Shown here piece by piece: positions 1-8,599 of a DNA stretch of 32,000 nucleotides. The position numbers and the translations under genes are program-made. Each line of letters starts with the position of its first letter. The stretch's first letter is position 1. The stretch spans positions 1,260,001 to 1,292,000 of the forward strand of contig NC_014729.1 of the NCBI RefSeq assembly GCF_000172995.2, in the 5' to 3' direction. Source of the DNA: Halogeometricum borinquense DSM 11551 (GTDB taxonomy: Archaea; Halobacteriota; Halobacteria; Halobacteriales; Haloferacaceae). The notes below the pieces were generated by a model. That model saw only the letters and a list, made by a program, of their open reading frames with translations. It was not told the origin of the DNA and ran no database searches.

Positions 1-530
1 TCGTGAGTGTTGTACTGCTTGAAGTGCCAGTCTAATTCTTCTTTGACACCGGTTGCGAGTGCGTATCCGTTGGTCGGTCGTCGATCACGCTCATCGGTGC
101 CTCCCGTCTCACTGTCGATTCCAAGGACCTCAGGAAGACGCCAAGCAATGATGTTCGCGTCCAATCCGACGACAACAGGGTCCTGGCCGGATTCGAGATC
201 GGCGTACCCATAGCGTTGAGTGAATTCCTCGACGGAGTCGTGATTGTTGAGTGGGACGTGGCCACTGGCGACCATCGTCCGGGTGTACGTCTCGGCGTCT
301 GGAAGGTCGTTGTAGGCAGCTTCACCGTGTTTTGCAGGAATCGTTTCACGGTTGTCTTGGTACGTCATCGTGCCCTGTGTGAACTGAACTGTCGCTTGCC
401 CATCGTCTTCCAGGTTTATCTGGACGAGTTCGCCGATGTCCTCGCAGGGGTGTTTGACGGAGATTGATTCGACACCCTGGTCGTAGAGGGCGTTGAGGAG
501 GACCATCAGCCGTTGGCGTTCAATCTGCAT
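1..530 (-). CDS. PIN-like nuclease domain protein with a ~110-aa N-terminal domain (partial, C-terminus lies beyond the left window edge)
   Basis: Absent from the ORF track because it has no stop inside the window. The reverse complement of 3..530 is open: MQIERQRLMVLLNALYDQGVESISVKHPCEDIGELVQINLEDDGQATVQFTQGTMTYQDNRETIPAKHGEAAYNDLPDAETYTRTMVASGHVPLNNHDSVEEFTQRYGYADLESGQDPVVVGLDANIIAWRLPEVLGIDSETGGTDERDRRPTNGYALATGVKEELDWHFKQYNTH. The ATG at 530-528 shares one base with the TAA of the upstream gene (TAATG). VVVGLDANII resembles the first acidic PIN motif and GVKEEL a second. The assignment is at motif level only. Confidence 0.45.
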   Translation of the reverse strand, partial: MQIERQRLMVLLNALYDQGVESISVKHPCEDIGELVQINLEDDGQATVQFTQGTMTYQDNRETIPAKHGEAAYNDLPDAETYTRTMVASGHVPLNNHDSVEEFTQRYGYADLESGQDPVVVGLDANIIAWRLPEVLGIDSETGGTDERDRRPTNGYALATGVKEELDWHFKQYNTH

Positions 531-1000
531 TACAGCACCTCCTTGAAATCGATTAGGTCAGTGGCAGTGCGCGGGATTTCGGCGTAAAACTGCCCGTAGT
601 AGCCCCCTGCTTTCCGGTGGAAATAGAAGACGTGGTCAGCGTCGAATTTGAATCCTGCCTGGAACGCGATGGCAGACATGAATTTCCGACCAGGAGTAAC
701 ATCAACAGCAATCGTGTCCCCGGTCTCCCGAGCGGCTTCGATAGTAGATCGGTAGAACTCGATGATGTCGGGGAAATCAGTCTCGTCGTCTAAGTCGTGA
801 ACAGAGACATCAGCGTCGCCACCATAGGCATCAACGATTACTTCGAACCGGTCGGTGGCTTTAGCGACGTACTCAGCGACACCGGGATTCGACAGCACCC
901 AGATCTCATCCGGGACGTACCCTTGGTCACAAGCCGCGGTCACCGGATTCAGAATACCGGGCATAGTAGGAGTACCGTTGGTCACCCAGATCCGAGCCAT
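530..1000 (-). CDS. small stand-alone CARF-like (Cas_NE0113/Csx14-type Rossmann-like) domain protein
   Basis: 156-aa ORF. The pattern IWVTNGTPTMPGILNPV (strand plus G-x-[ST]-P-like loop), EIWVLSN, an acidic helix, then DVTPGRKFMSAIAFQAG and HVFYFH resembles the CARF/NE0113 layout (..TGLSPQV.., ..GGRKTM.., ..HVLV). Its stop overlaps the start of the next gene. Confidence 0.45.
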   Translation of the reverse strand: MARIWVTNGTPTMPGILNPVTAACDQGYVPDEIWVLSNPGVAEYVAKATDRFEVIVDAYGGDADVSVHDLDDETDFPDIIEFYRSTIEAARETGDTIAVDVTPGRKFMSAIAFQAGFKFDADHVFYFHRKAGGYYGQFYAEIPRTATDLIDFKEVL

Positions 1001-1116
1001 TAGTTCACAAGAATTACTCCACTATCAATAGTGTTCGCGTGACTGAATCTCGACCGCCACATACGGATTTCAGAAGATTCGCCCGCAGGCTCCTTTGAGT
1101 CCCTCATGGTTCGTTC

Positions 1117-2304
1117 ATGACGAAGAACGCTGACGAGCAAATCGAAACGCTTCGTGAGAAGATCCGAAACGGCAAACGTGAGCTGGATAAAGCCAATCAG
1201 GAGGCTCTCTTGGAGTTCAGTAACGAACTCTTCCTCATACCCAGTCAAGTCGGGGACCAGCGGCATCTCAAACTCCTGCGACACAATGTGAGAATGGCCG
1301 AGCACGGTGGTAGTCCGGTAGAAGCGCTTGAGAGTGAGGATGCTGCAAAGAAGATCGTCCGTTGGATTCATCGTACGTACGACAACGCTGAGACCAATCG
1401 TGATTATCGAGTCGCGTTGAAGCAATTCGGGCGACGAGCCACGGACGAAAACGGAGACGGTCCACCGGGATCAATGGAGTGGATCCCGTCGAACACTCCG
1501 AGTACGTACGACCCGGCTCCGGAACCCAGCAATATGCTTCAGTGGAAAGAGGACGTCCTTCCACTAATCCAAGCGACCCGCAACCCTCGTGATGCGGCTC
1601 TCATCGCGGTTGGATGGGACGCTGGTGCGCGCTCCGGTGAGCTACGCGCTCTTACTGTCGGAGACATCACCGACTACGAACACGGCTACCAAATCACCGT
1701 TCAGGGGAAGATGGGGCAGCGAACAGTTCCACTCATTCCAAGCGTCCCGTTTCTCCAACGATGGCTTGCCGCCCATCCGAGCACCGACGCTGAGGCACCG
1801 CTCTGGAGTAAACTGACCGAACCGGAGGCTCCCAGTTATAACGCGCTTCGGACAGCTGTGAAAGACGCTGCCGACCGAGCTGGAGTGAACAAACCAGTGA
1901 CGTTCACGAACCTCCGCAAATCCAGCGCGTCTCATTTAGCCTCACGCGGACTGAATCAGGCACACATCGAAGATCACCACGGGTGGACTCGCGGAAGCGA
2001 CGTCGCCTCCCGATACGTCTCAGTGTTCGCAGACGATACCGGCCGGGAAGTCGCTCGTGTCCACGGCTTAGAGATCGACGAGGACGAAGAACCCGACGCT
2101 ACTGCGCCGGTCGAATGTCCTCGATGTCACCAACAGACACCCCGAGAGATGGACCGCTGCATCCACTGCCGACAGGCGATAGACAAGGAAACAGCAATCC
2201 AGCGAGAACAGACCTGCGAATGGTGTGGCTCATCGATATCGGACTACTCCGACCATATCCCGAACTGCACTCGTATCAATGTCGATGAGGGGAAGATGCA
2301 GTGA
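1117..2304 (+). CDS. tyrosine recombinase / phage-type integrase with C-terminal zinc-ribbon motifs
   Basis: 395 aa. Has RNPRDAALIAVGWDAGARSGELRALTVGDI (box I Arg) and LRKSSASHLASRG...HHGWTRGSDVASRYV (K, H-x-x-R, catalytic Tyr region). The C-terminus carries CPRCHQ..CIHC and CEWCG..IPNC Cys pairs. It is divergent from the CARF-like gene. Confidence 0.9.
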   Translation: MTKNADEQIETLREKIRNGKRELDKANQEALLEFSNELFLIPSQVGDQRHLKLLRHNVRMAEHGGSPVEALESEDAAKKIVRWIHRTYDNAETNRDYRVALKQFGRRATDENGDGPPGSMEWIPSNTPSTYDPAPEPSNMLQWKEDVLPLIQATRNPRDAALIAVGWDAGARSGELRALTVGDITDYEHGYQITVQGKMGQRTVPLIPSVPFLQRWLAAHPSTDAEAPLWSKLTEPEAPSYNALRTAVKDAADRAGVNKPVTFTNLRKSSASHLASRGLNQAHIEDHHGWTRGSDVASRYVSVFADDTGREVARVHGLEIDEDEEPDATAPVECPRCHQQTPREMDRCIHCRQAIDKETAIQREQTCEWCGSSISDYSDHIPNCTRINVDEGKMQ

Positions 2305-2424
2305 CACATAATTACTCGCTTCAATTATCCTGAGTTGTTCTGAGAGCGAGATCCATTTTTGAGATACTGGCACCAGTTGGTAGCGGACGGATTTTTGTGA
2401 ACCGGTTGTGATGGCTACCAGCAT

Positions 2425-3501
2425 ATGGTTGAGTACAAGAACCAACATTATGTGCCCCGCTTCTACCTGAGGAATTTCTCTGATGATGGTCAGAAGATCT
2501 GGCTGTACAATATGCAGGCGAACAGAGAATTTACAGAGCCGATATCGAGGGTTTGTGCCCGCGACTATTTTTATAGTGACGAGACAGACGTTGAGAAGGA
2601 AATCGGATCGATTGAAAGTGCACTGTCAAAGGGGCTGGGAGAACTGCTCGCAATTCAGTCAGTGTCCAAATTCCAGACAGAGAAGGAATTGAAACCCGAT
2701 TGGCTCCGAGTGCTTCAATTTCTGACGTTTCAGGAGGCACGTACTGCTCTCTCGAAAGAGGAGATCGAACAGGATGGTGAGGTAATGTTTGAGACGTTTG
2801 TCAGAGCGGGTATTGAAGCTGGAGAGCTAGATCCGGAACTTCTGGAAGAGGTTAGAGAGGGGAACGTATGGTTAGAGCATGAACAGAGTCCGCAACTGCT
2901 CCCGATGCTCTACCAGCTACATTGCGCACCACTTCTAGCAGATCTTTGGGGGACACTGCTTGTGAATAAAACTGGCACCGAGCTGGTGACAAGTGACCAC
3001 CCTGTTGTTCGCCATAATCCCTATTTCCTCGGGGAAGGCCATCCACAGGAAATCGGATTACAGAGCAGAGGACTCCAGATTTACTGTCCCCTCACCAGCC
3101 ACCATTATCTCCTACTTCATGATCCGGAATGTTATGAAATCGAATGTAGTTCGGAAGGGGTGCGGGAGATTCATGATACAGCGGTGATTAATGAGTTGAA
3201 TAAGCTACAGATTGTCAACTGTGACAATAATGTCTTCTATGGCACAGAAGGACGACAAGAGGAGATGGATTGTCTGTGGGAGCAGCTGGGAGAGCTCGCA
3301 GACACAAACCGAGACGACCGAGGAACGGTTCGGACGGAGGGAGGTATCGGTGTGTACACTAAGATATCGGCTCCCCGGTTTTGTCCTGAATTACCATTTG
3401 TCGAAAAAGAATCAAATATCGAATACCAGCGAGAAAGAGTCGAGGGTGCTCTTGAGGAACAAGAAGAATTCTGGGAGGAGCAATTTGGAGACTTTGTCTA
3501 A
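2425..3501 (+). CDS. DUF4238 domain protein
   Basis: 358 aa. The N-terminal QHYVPRFYLRNFS motif is characteristic of DUF4238. Codon usage is visibly AT-richer and the protein less acidic than its neighbours, suggesting horizontal acquisition. Confidence 0.75.
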   Translation: MVEYKNQHYVPRFYLRNFSDDGQKIWLYNMQANREFTEPISRVCARDYFYSDETDVEKEIGSIESALSKGLGELLAIQSVSKFQTEKELKPDWLRVLQFLTFQEARTALSKEEIEQDGEVMFETFVRAGIEAGELDPELLEEVREGNVWLEHEQSPQLLPMLYQLHCAPLLADLWGTLLVNKTGTELVTSDHPVVRHNPYFLGEGHPQEIGLQSRGLQIYCPLTSHHYLLLHDPECYEIECSSEGVREIHDTAVINELNKLQIVNCDNNVFYGTEGRQEEMDCLWEQLGELADTNRDDRGTVRTEGGIGVYTKISAPRFCPELPFVEKESNIEYQRERVEGALEEQEEFWEEQFGDFV

Positions 3502-3715
3502 TTGCTAACAACTGATCGACCGGCAGTCTATAATAGATCTAGCGAATACGAGCAAAAACTGAGGTAAACGGATTCAGATTCCGCACCAATGTGGAGTACC
3601 GTTCGTTACCCAAATTCGGTCCATTGTCTGAAGAGGATCACGCCGCCATCGAGGTACAGAGGCTCTCACACGTGAATGTGTGGGCCGAATATATTTTGGA
3701 ATTGGTGAAATTTAG

Positions 3716-4060
3716 TTGGGTATGGATTCGAGCATAGGAATCGAGTGGACGGTGGAGTGGGCAACGCCTCTCCCGAATGGTGATGGCTGCTACGACAACT
3801 TGGTGTTGAGTCAGGAACAGGCTTATGAGTACGGTGATGAGCTTGTGATGTCGTTACGAGTAGACGACGAGGTCTTGCGGGGAGAGGGACTGGACCCGGA
3901 AGAGCCGTTTGTGTGGAAAATTGAAGGCGGAGAGTTAGTGATGAAGCAGATCTCTCGGCAGGTGTTTGAACTGATCGCGGAAGATGACCGACACGATTCC
4001 CATTACGCCCGTCAAGTCTTGGAGAATCGAGCGAGACGGAGGCTCCGCGGTTCACTGTAA
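3716..4060 (+). CDS. hypothetical acidic protein
   Basis: 114-aa ORF with acidic, haloarchaeal-like composition. The track start is TTG, and an ATG two codons downstream (3722) is an alternative start. No recognisable motif. Confidence 0.4.
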   Translation: MGMDSSIGIEWTVEWATPLPNGDGCYDNLVLSQEQAYEYGDELVMSLRVDDEVLRGEGLDPEEPFVWKIEGGELVMKQISRQVFELIAEDDRHDSHYARQVLENRARRRLRGSL

Positions 4061-4328
4061 TGGCTGAGATAGTGACACTTGAAGTAGTGCGGAATCGTAT
4101 GACATAGCCTATCGTCTCCCTCTACCGGTGCGGACTACGTGTCGCTTGTTCCGTGACCCTCCTATCGAAACATTCCTTGAATTCTGCTGTAGTGAACCAC
4201 CAGATGGCATCGAGCGACGAGTAGTGTGCGACAACCTGGTCAAATGTGCCGGAGACTGCTGCCCCGTTCATCCGCTGAGGTAGTATCTCGGCAGCTGGAA
4301 TATTTGAGGAATCCGACGAGTGCGTCGG

Positions 4329-5786
4329 TTACGAACTCAATGCATCCACGACGTCTTCGACCGTGACCAGTCGAAGATCGTCCCTTTCTGCAGCCGCTTT
4401 CTCGACTGAGGCTTTGAATCCGCTCCGCGAAAAGAGGGCGTACTCCTCAACGCGGTCGCTGCCGTCGGTCGGCGTCCATCGGAGTTCCTCGGTGTGACTC
4501 TGAAGTTTCGAGAACGCGTCGTAGCCGAGCGGTGACTGCTGGAACTTGCACTCGCCGACGATCAGCGTCTCGTTGGTCGTGAGGCCGACGACGTCGATCT
4601 CGTGTTCGCCGTACCACCACTGGCCAGTTTCGGTGATCGTGTGCTTGGGGTACAGCGAGCGGAGCGCCGAACAGCACAGATCCTCGAACGACCGGCTCAC
4701 GAAGTCGGCTAACTCCGGTTCGACGAGCGCGTCGTAGGCGTTCTCACCGAGTTGGTCGTACTGCTCGCCGGTGCCGTAGACGAAGTGGAACCAGAAGCGG
4801 AAGAACGGGTCTCGGATGCGGTACCGACTGCGCTTGCTCCGCTCTTTCCGCTCGGTGATCGGGACGTGCTGATCGACGAGCCGGAGTCGAGACAAGCGGT
4901 TGAGATACTTCGAGAGCTGGTTGTAGTCGATCCCAGTCGTCCCGGCGATCTCGTTTCGACTGGTGCTCCCCCCGGCGATGGCCTCTAAGATGGAGAAGTA
5001 CCGCGTCGGTTCGGTGAGTTCCATCCGGAGGACGTAGTCCGGTTCGTCGTGGAGGGTGCCGTGCCGGGAGAGGATCGTCCGCTGAACGTTCTCCGCCAGC
5101 GTGGCGTCGGTCGAAACCTCTTCAAGGTAGTACGGGACGCCGCCGAACACGCCCCAGGTAAGGACTTGCTCGTCAGCGGTGTAGGCGTCGTCGAAGAAGT
5201 CCATCGCGGCGTCGAAGGGGAGCTGTCGAACGTCGAGCTTGAGCGACGAGCGACCGTACAGTGGGCTGTTCCCGAGCAGCGCGGCCTCCTCCATCATGCT
5301 GATCGACGACCCGACGAGGACGAACGTCGCAGCCGAATCGTCGAGTTCGTGGTCGAACATGGCCTGCAGCACGGACGGGAGACTCGGGTCCTGTTCGACG
5401 AGATACGGGAATTCGTCGAGAACGACGATAGCATCCTGTTCGGCGAGGTACCCGAGAACGTTCTCCCAGTCCTCTCGGATTCTCGTCACGCCGGGGTAGG
5501 ACTCAGCAGCCGCGTCGATGAACTGCCGGAGCTGGAGGGCGGTTGTCTTCTGCTTCGCCTGGTAGACGACGGCGTCCTCGTACTGTTTGATTGATTGTTT
5601 GACGAGCGCGGTCTTCCCGAGTCGTCGCCGACCGAATATCACCGCGAGCTCGGCATCGCTCGACTCATAGAGTGCGTGGAGGCGGGAGAGTTCCTCCGTT
5701 CGGTTCACGAACTCGACCATACTGACCGCACTCCCTCGACGATAATAATACTTCGCAGTATCGTACTCTGAAGTTTGATACTCCAA
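4329..5786 (-). CDS. archaeal-type AAA ATPase (Arch_ATPase-like) with C-terminal DUF234 / PD-(D/E)xK-like nuclease fold
   Basis: FVNRTEELSRL...AVIFGRRRLGKTALV (Walker A), IVVLDEFPYL (Walker B), a central wHTH-like segment (STSRNEIAGTTGIDYNQLSKYLNRLSRLRLV), and a C-terminal EIDVVG...LIVGECKF (D...E-x-K). The likely true start is the ATG at 5720 (MVEFVNR...). Confidence 0.85.
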   Translation of the reverse strand: MEYQTSEYDTAKYYYRRGSAVSMVEFVNRTEELSRLHALYESSDAELAVIFGRRRLGKTALVKQSIKQYEDAVVYQAKQKTTALQLRQFIDAAAESYPGVTRIREDWENVLGYLAEQDAIVVLDEFPYLVEQDPSLPSVLQAMFDHELDDSAATFVLVGSSISMMEEAALLGNSPLYGRSSLKLDVRQLPFDAAMDFFDDAYTADEQVLTWGVFGGVPYYLEEVSTDATLAENVQRTILSRHGTLHDEPDYVLRMELTEPTRYFSILEAIAGGSTSRNEIAGTTGIDYNQLSKYLNRLSRLRLVDQHVPITERKERSKRSRYRIRDPFFRFWFHFVYGTGEQYDQLGENAYDALVEPELADFVSRSFEDLCCSALRSLYPKHTITETGQWWYGEHEIDVVGLTTNETLIVGECKFQQSPLGYDAFSKLQSHTEELRWTPTDGSDRVEEYALFSRSGFKASVEKAAAERDDLRLVTVEDVVDALSS

Positions 5787-5997
5787 AGTATCATATTCTG
5801 GCTTTGGTAATCTGAGCGCTGCCCCACGTGACAGACGTGATCCGAATCGAATATTCCTCCGAATCGGACTTGGCGAGTGGCCAATCCGCTGGGTGTTTTA
5901 AGTACCTGTCCTGCATATTAGCTGTTAGTAGCGGCCAAAAACGCAGATAAGCGGGTTTGGATGCCCTCGGAGGTGCCCTGCCGTTCGCTGATAAATG

Positions 5998-6043
5998 GCG
6001 GCCTTTCGAGCCGAGGACAGGGGTTCAAATCCCCTACCGAGCA
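5998..6043 (+). pseudogene. tRNA-Glu(UUC) 3' portion (anticodon arm to discriminator) lacking a matching 5' acceptor strand and D-arm
   Basis: Anticodon stem cggc/gccg with loop CUUUCGA (anticodon UUC), a perfect T-arm AGGGG-TTCAAAT-CCCCT, and 3' acceptor ACCGAGC plus A. The required 5' strand GCTCGGT is not present upstream; only the degenerate 'gccctcgga' at 5963-5971. Confidence 0.6.
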
Positions 6044-6057
6044 TTTCTCTGCGGAAC
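6022..6057 (+). repeat. direct repeat copy 1 (tRNA-Glu T-loop/acceptor 3' end plus downstream flank), att-like
   Basis: The 25-nt core aatcccctaccgagcatttctctgc at 6028-6052 is identical to 6151-6175. Flanking similarity covers ggttca..aat upstream and gaac downstream. Confidence 0.8.
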
Positions 6058-6143
6058 AACGTGACGAAGAGCAAGCGGAGCGTATGGATTTGAACCCAAC
6101 CAGTCGCGCACAGCGAACGGAGTGAGCGAGCACATCTGGTATT

Positions 6144-6180
6144 GGTTCATAATCCCCTACCGAGCATTTCTCTGCTGAAC
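6144..6180 (+). repeat. direct repeat copy 2 (att-like remnant)
   Basis: ggttcaTaatcccctaccgagcatttctctgcTgaac matches copy 1 with one inserted T and one substitution. It also forms an inverted repeat with ggatttgaacc at 6086-6096. Confidence 0.8.
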
Positions 6181-6389
6181 GACCGTCCGAGCAACGGCGC
6201 TGCGTGTCAGTTGAATTCGTGATTCCACCACGAATCAGCCTTCTCAACAGAGCTGGGTATTGTCTACAGGCAGCCAGCGAATCGCTCAGTTCGGTGAGCG
6301 AGTCGATGACGACGGTGAGATTATGTAAAATATCGGATAGAACATCTGTTCTGCATAGCTATTTGTATTTCTCACAACACTACCCGACA

Positions 6390-8339
6390 ATGTCTCCCTC
6401 CCTCTCTCGTCGGCAAGTTCTTGCCGGCGTCGGTGCAGCCTCCACGGCGGCAATAGCCGGTCCTGCTTCGTCCGCGACAGCCCGTGCGACGACCACACAG
6501 GAGGCACCTTCTACAGAGGACGTCGAGTCACTCGTCGATGATCTCGTCGAGACGAGTCTGGAAGCGCACGACGTTCCCGGAGCAACAGTCGCTGTGGTCG
6601 TCGATGGGGATATCGCTCTCACGAAGGGATACGGAGTCGCTGACCGCAACACAGACACCGCTGTTGACGCCGAGCAAACGCTGTTCAGAGCCGGCTCGGT
6701 GTCGAAAGCTGTCCTCTGGACGGCCATCATGCAACGTGTCACGAGTGGCGATATTAACCCGAACGCGCCGGTATCGACCTATCTCGACGACATCCAACTG
6801 TCAACACCGTACGACGAGCCGATCACCATGGCTCATCTCGCAACCCACAGAGCAGGATTCGAGGCGTCGAACCGCGGGCTGTGGATTCGTGACCCCACAA
6901 ACCTTCGTCCACTCTCGACACACCTCAAGACGGCACAGCCCGCGTGCGTTCGACCGCCGGGTGAGGTTGGATCGTACTCTAACTACGGTGCGGCGCTTGC
7001 CGGTGGCGTGCTCGCCTCTGTGACGAACACCACGTTCACCGAGGCGATTGACTCGCAACTTCTCACGCCCGCGGGAATGTCATCAAGCAGTTTCGAGCAA
7101 CCGCTCCCGGACTCACTTGCATCGAGACACGCCACCGGTTACCCGCCGGGTGACGTGTTTGCGGACGGCGAGTTCCCGTACGTTGGGCTCCGACCGGCAG
7201 GCTCGATGTCGACGACGGCAGCGGACATGGCTCGGTTCATGCAGATCCACCTCAACGACGGTGTGGTTGACGGTGAGCGAGTGCTCGCGTCCGAAACGGT
7301 CGATTCACTTCACGAGCAGTGGGCAACGCACCACGACCAGCTACCGGGGATGGCGTTCGGCTTGCTTGAGAAGTACTACGGCGACGTTCGGACGCTGTGG
7401 CACAACGGATCAACGATTGCGTTTCACAGCGACCTACTGCTCGTCCCCGAGCGTGGACTCGGTCTCTTCGTCTCCTACAACGGGAGCGGTGGTGCGGCTG
7501 CGCGAAGCGACGTTACCGCTGGCTTTCTCGACGCGTTGCTCCCCGACCCGGAGACACGGTCGCTCACGCCGGACGGAAGACCGACGAAGGCCGACGCGCT
7601 CGAAGGAACATATCGGTCACTGCGAACCTCGAAGACTGGACACGACCGACTCACGACGACGCTTCAGGCACAAACGATCTCTGTCAGCATCGACGACGAC
7701 GGCGCGCTCGTCACGGAATCCGGCGGTCGGACGAATCGATGGGTCGAGACTGCACCGCTCGTATTCGAGCACGTCTCCGAGCAACGAACGCTCGCCTTCG
7801 GCGAGAGTGACGACGGCATCGAACACCTGTTCGTGGGATCGAATCCGGCGACTGCATACGGACGAATCGGAGTCCAAGACAAACTCACGACGCACATGAC
7901 AGCGACTGCAGCGTCGGTTCTCGTCCTTCTGTCCGGCGTTGTCGGGTGGCCGATACTGGCCGCAATACGTCGGTTCAGAGGTTCCGGCAACGGCTCCGTT
8001 CTCGGAAGACTCCGTCAGTGGCGTACGCATCCAGCGTTAGCAAGCCGGGTCGCCGTTGGTGGTGCTGCGGGGACTCTGTTCGGGTTCCTCGTACTCGCCG
8101 TTGGCCACTTCGCCAGCCAACCGTTTAGCGTCCTCTCAACGCCACCGCTCACGTTCAGAGTGCTGTTCGCACTGCCCATAGTCGCTGCAATCGGGACTGC
8201 GGCGGCGGGCCTTCTGAATGTAACTGCGTGGCGAACACGTGGCCTAGGTGCGGGTCGAATACACGAGACTGCCGTCGTGCTGTCGCTGGTCGTGCTGTGT
8301 GCAGTCCTCGAGTACTGGAATCTCATGACACCACCCTAA
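6390..8339 (+). CDS. Tat-exported serine hydrolase (beta-lactamase / DD-peptidase family) with C-terminal transmembrane segments
   Basis: The ATG at 6390 gives MSPSLSRRQVLAGVGAASTAAIAG (twin-arginine signal). Has FRAGSVSKAVLW (S-x-x-K) and SYSNYG (Y-x-N), plus several hydrophobic helices in the last ~170 aa. The upstream extension to 6204 in the track is non-acidic and was rejected. Confidence 0.8.
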   Translation: MSPSLSRRQVLAGVGAASTAAIAGPASSATARATTTQEAPSTEDVESLVDDLVETSLEAHDVPGATVAVVVDGDIALTKGYGVADRNTDTAVDAEQTLFRAGSVSKAVLWTAIMQRVTSGDINPNAPVSTYLDDIQLSTPYDEPITMAHLATHRAGFEASNRGLWIRDPTNLRPLSTHLKTAQPACVRPPGEVGSYSNYGAALAGGVLASVTNTTFTEAIDSQLLTPAGMSSSSFEQPLPDSLASRHATGYPPGDVFADGEFPYVGLRPAGSMSTTAADMARFMQIHLNDGVVDGERVLASETVDSLHEQWATHHDQLPGMAFGLLEKYYGDVRTLWHNGSTIAFHSDLLLVPERGLGLFVSYNGSGGAAARSDVTAGFLDALLPDPETRSLTPDGRPTKADALEGTYRSLRTSKTGHDRLTTTLQAQTISVSIDDDGALVTESGGRTNRWVETAPLVFEHVSEQRTLAFGESDDGIEHLFVGSNPATAYGRIGVQDKLTTHMTATAASVLVLLSGVVGWPILAAIRRFRGSGNGSVLGRLRQWRTHPALASRVAVGGAAGTLFGFLVLAVGHFASQPFSVLSTPPLTFRVLFALPIVAAIGTAAAGLLNVTAWRTRGLGAGRIHETAVVLSLVVLCAVLEYWNLMTPP

Positions 8340-8599
8340 TACGAGCAGAACAGGTGGATCAGGTGTGTGGCCCAGTGGCACTGGGTGTGAAACCCTTCAG
8401 CAACGCCGTTGTGACGGGGGTTAAACGGGCGAACCACACAGCGACCGTCGGAGCATCCATTTCGGTGCCAGTAGTGCTTTACTCATTCAAACACATCTTA
8501 AAATATGGGTCGCCCGCGATGGGTTCCTGCCCCTCTGATCAGGTTGTCCGAATCGAGGGGATTGTTTATACCACCTGGCAGAATATGTGGACGTAGTCG

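Larger units (their letters stand above)
1..6180. mobile_element. right-hand part of an integrase-bearing integrated element / genomic island, with the left end outside the window
   Basis: Contains a tyrosine integrase, accessory-type cargo and a visibly AT-richer gene (2425-3501). It ends with a tRNA-Glu 3' fragment and two direct copies of the tRNA 3' end plus downstream flank (att-like). Core-type genes begin right after 6180. Confidence 0.55.

Noticed and set aside
32-467. Track ORFs 32..349 (-), 7..213 (+) and 216..467 (+)
   Set aside because: They are out of frame with, or antisense to, the longer open frame 3..530 (-). That frame has a coupled ATG and an acidic, protein-like translation.
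4122-4271. 49-codon minus-strand ORF (MNGAAVSGTFDQVVAHYSSLDAIWWFTTAEFKECFDRRVTEQATRSPHR) just downstream of the ATPase gene
   Set aside because: It is too short and motif-free to support. It could be a gene remnant, but there is no evidence beyond an open frame.
5963-6043. Calling a complete tRNA-Glu gene
   Set aside because: Only the anticodon arm, T-arm and 3' acceptor strand are present. The 5' strand needed to pair with ACCGAGC is absent (gccctcgga has two extra C residues) and no D-arm can be drawn.
6204-6389. Upstream 62 codons of the serine hydrolase ORF
   Set aside because: The composition is non-acidic and this stretch precedes a textbook twin-arginine signal that begins at the ATG at 6390. 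It also overlaps the att-repeat region.
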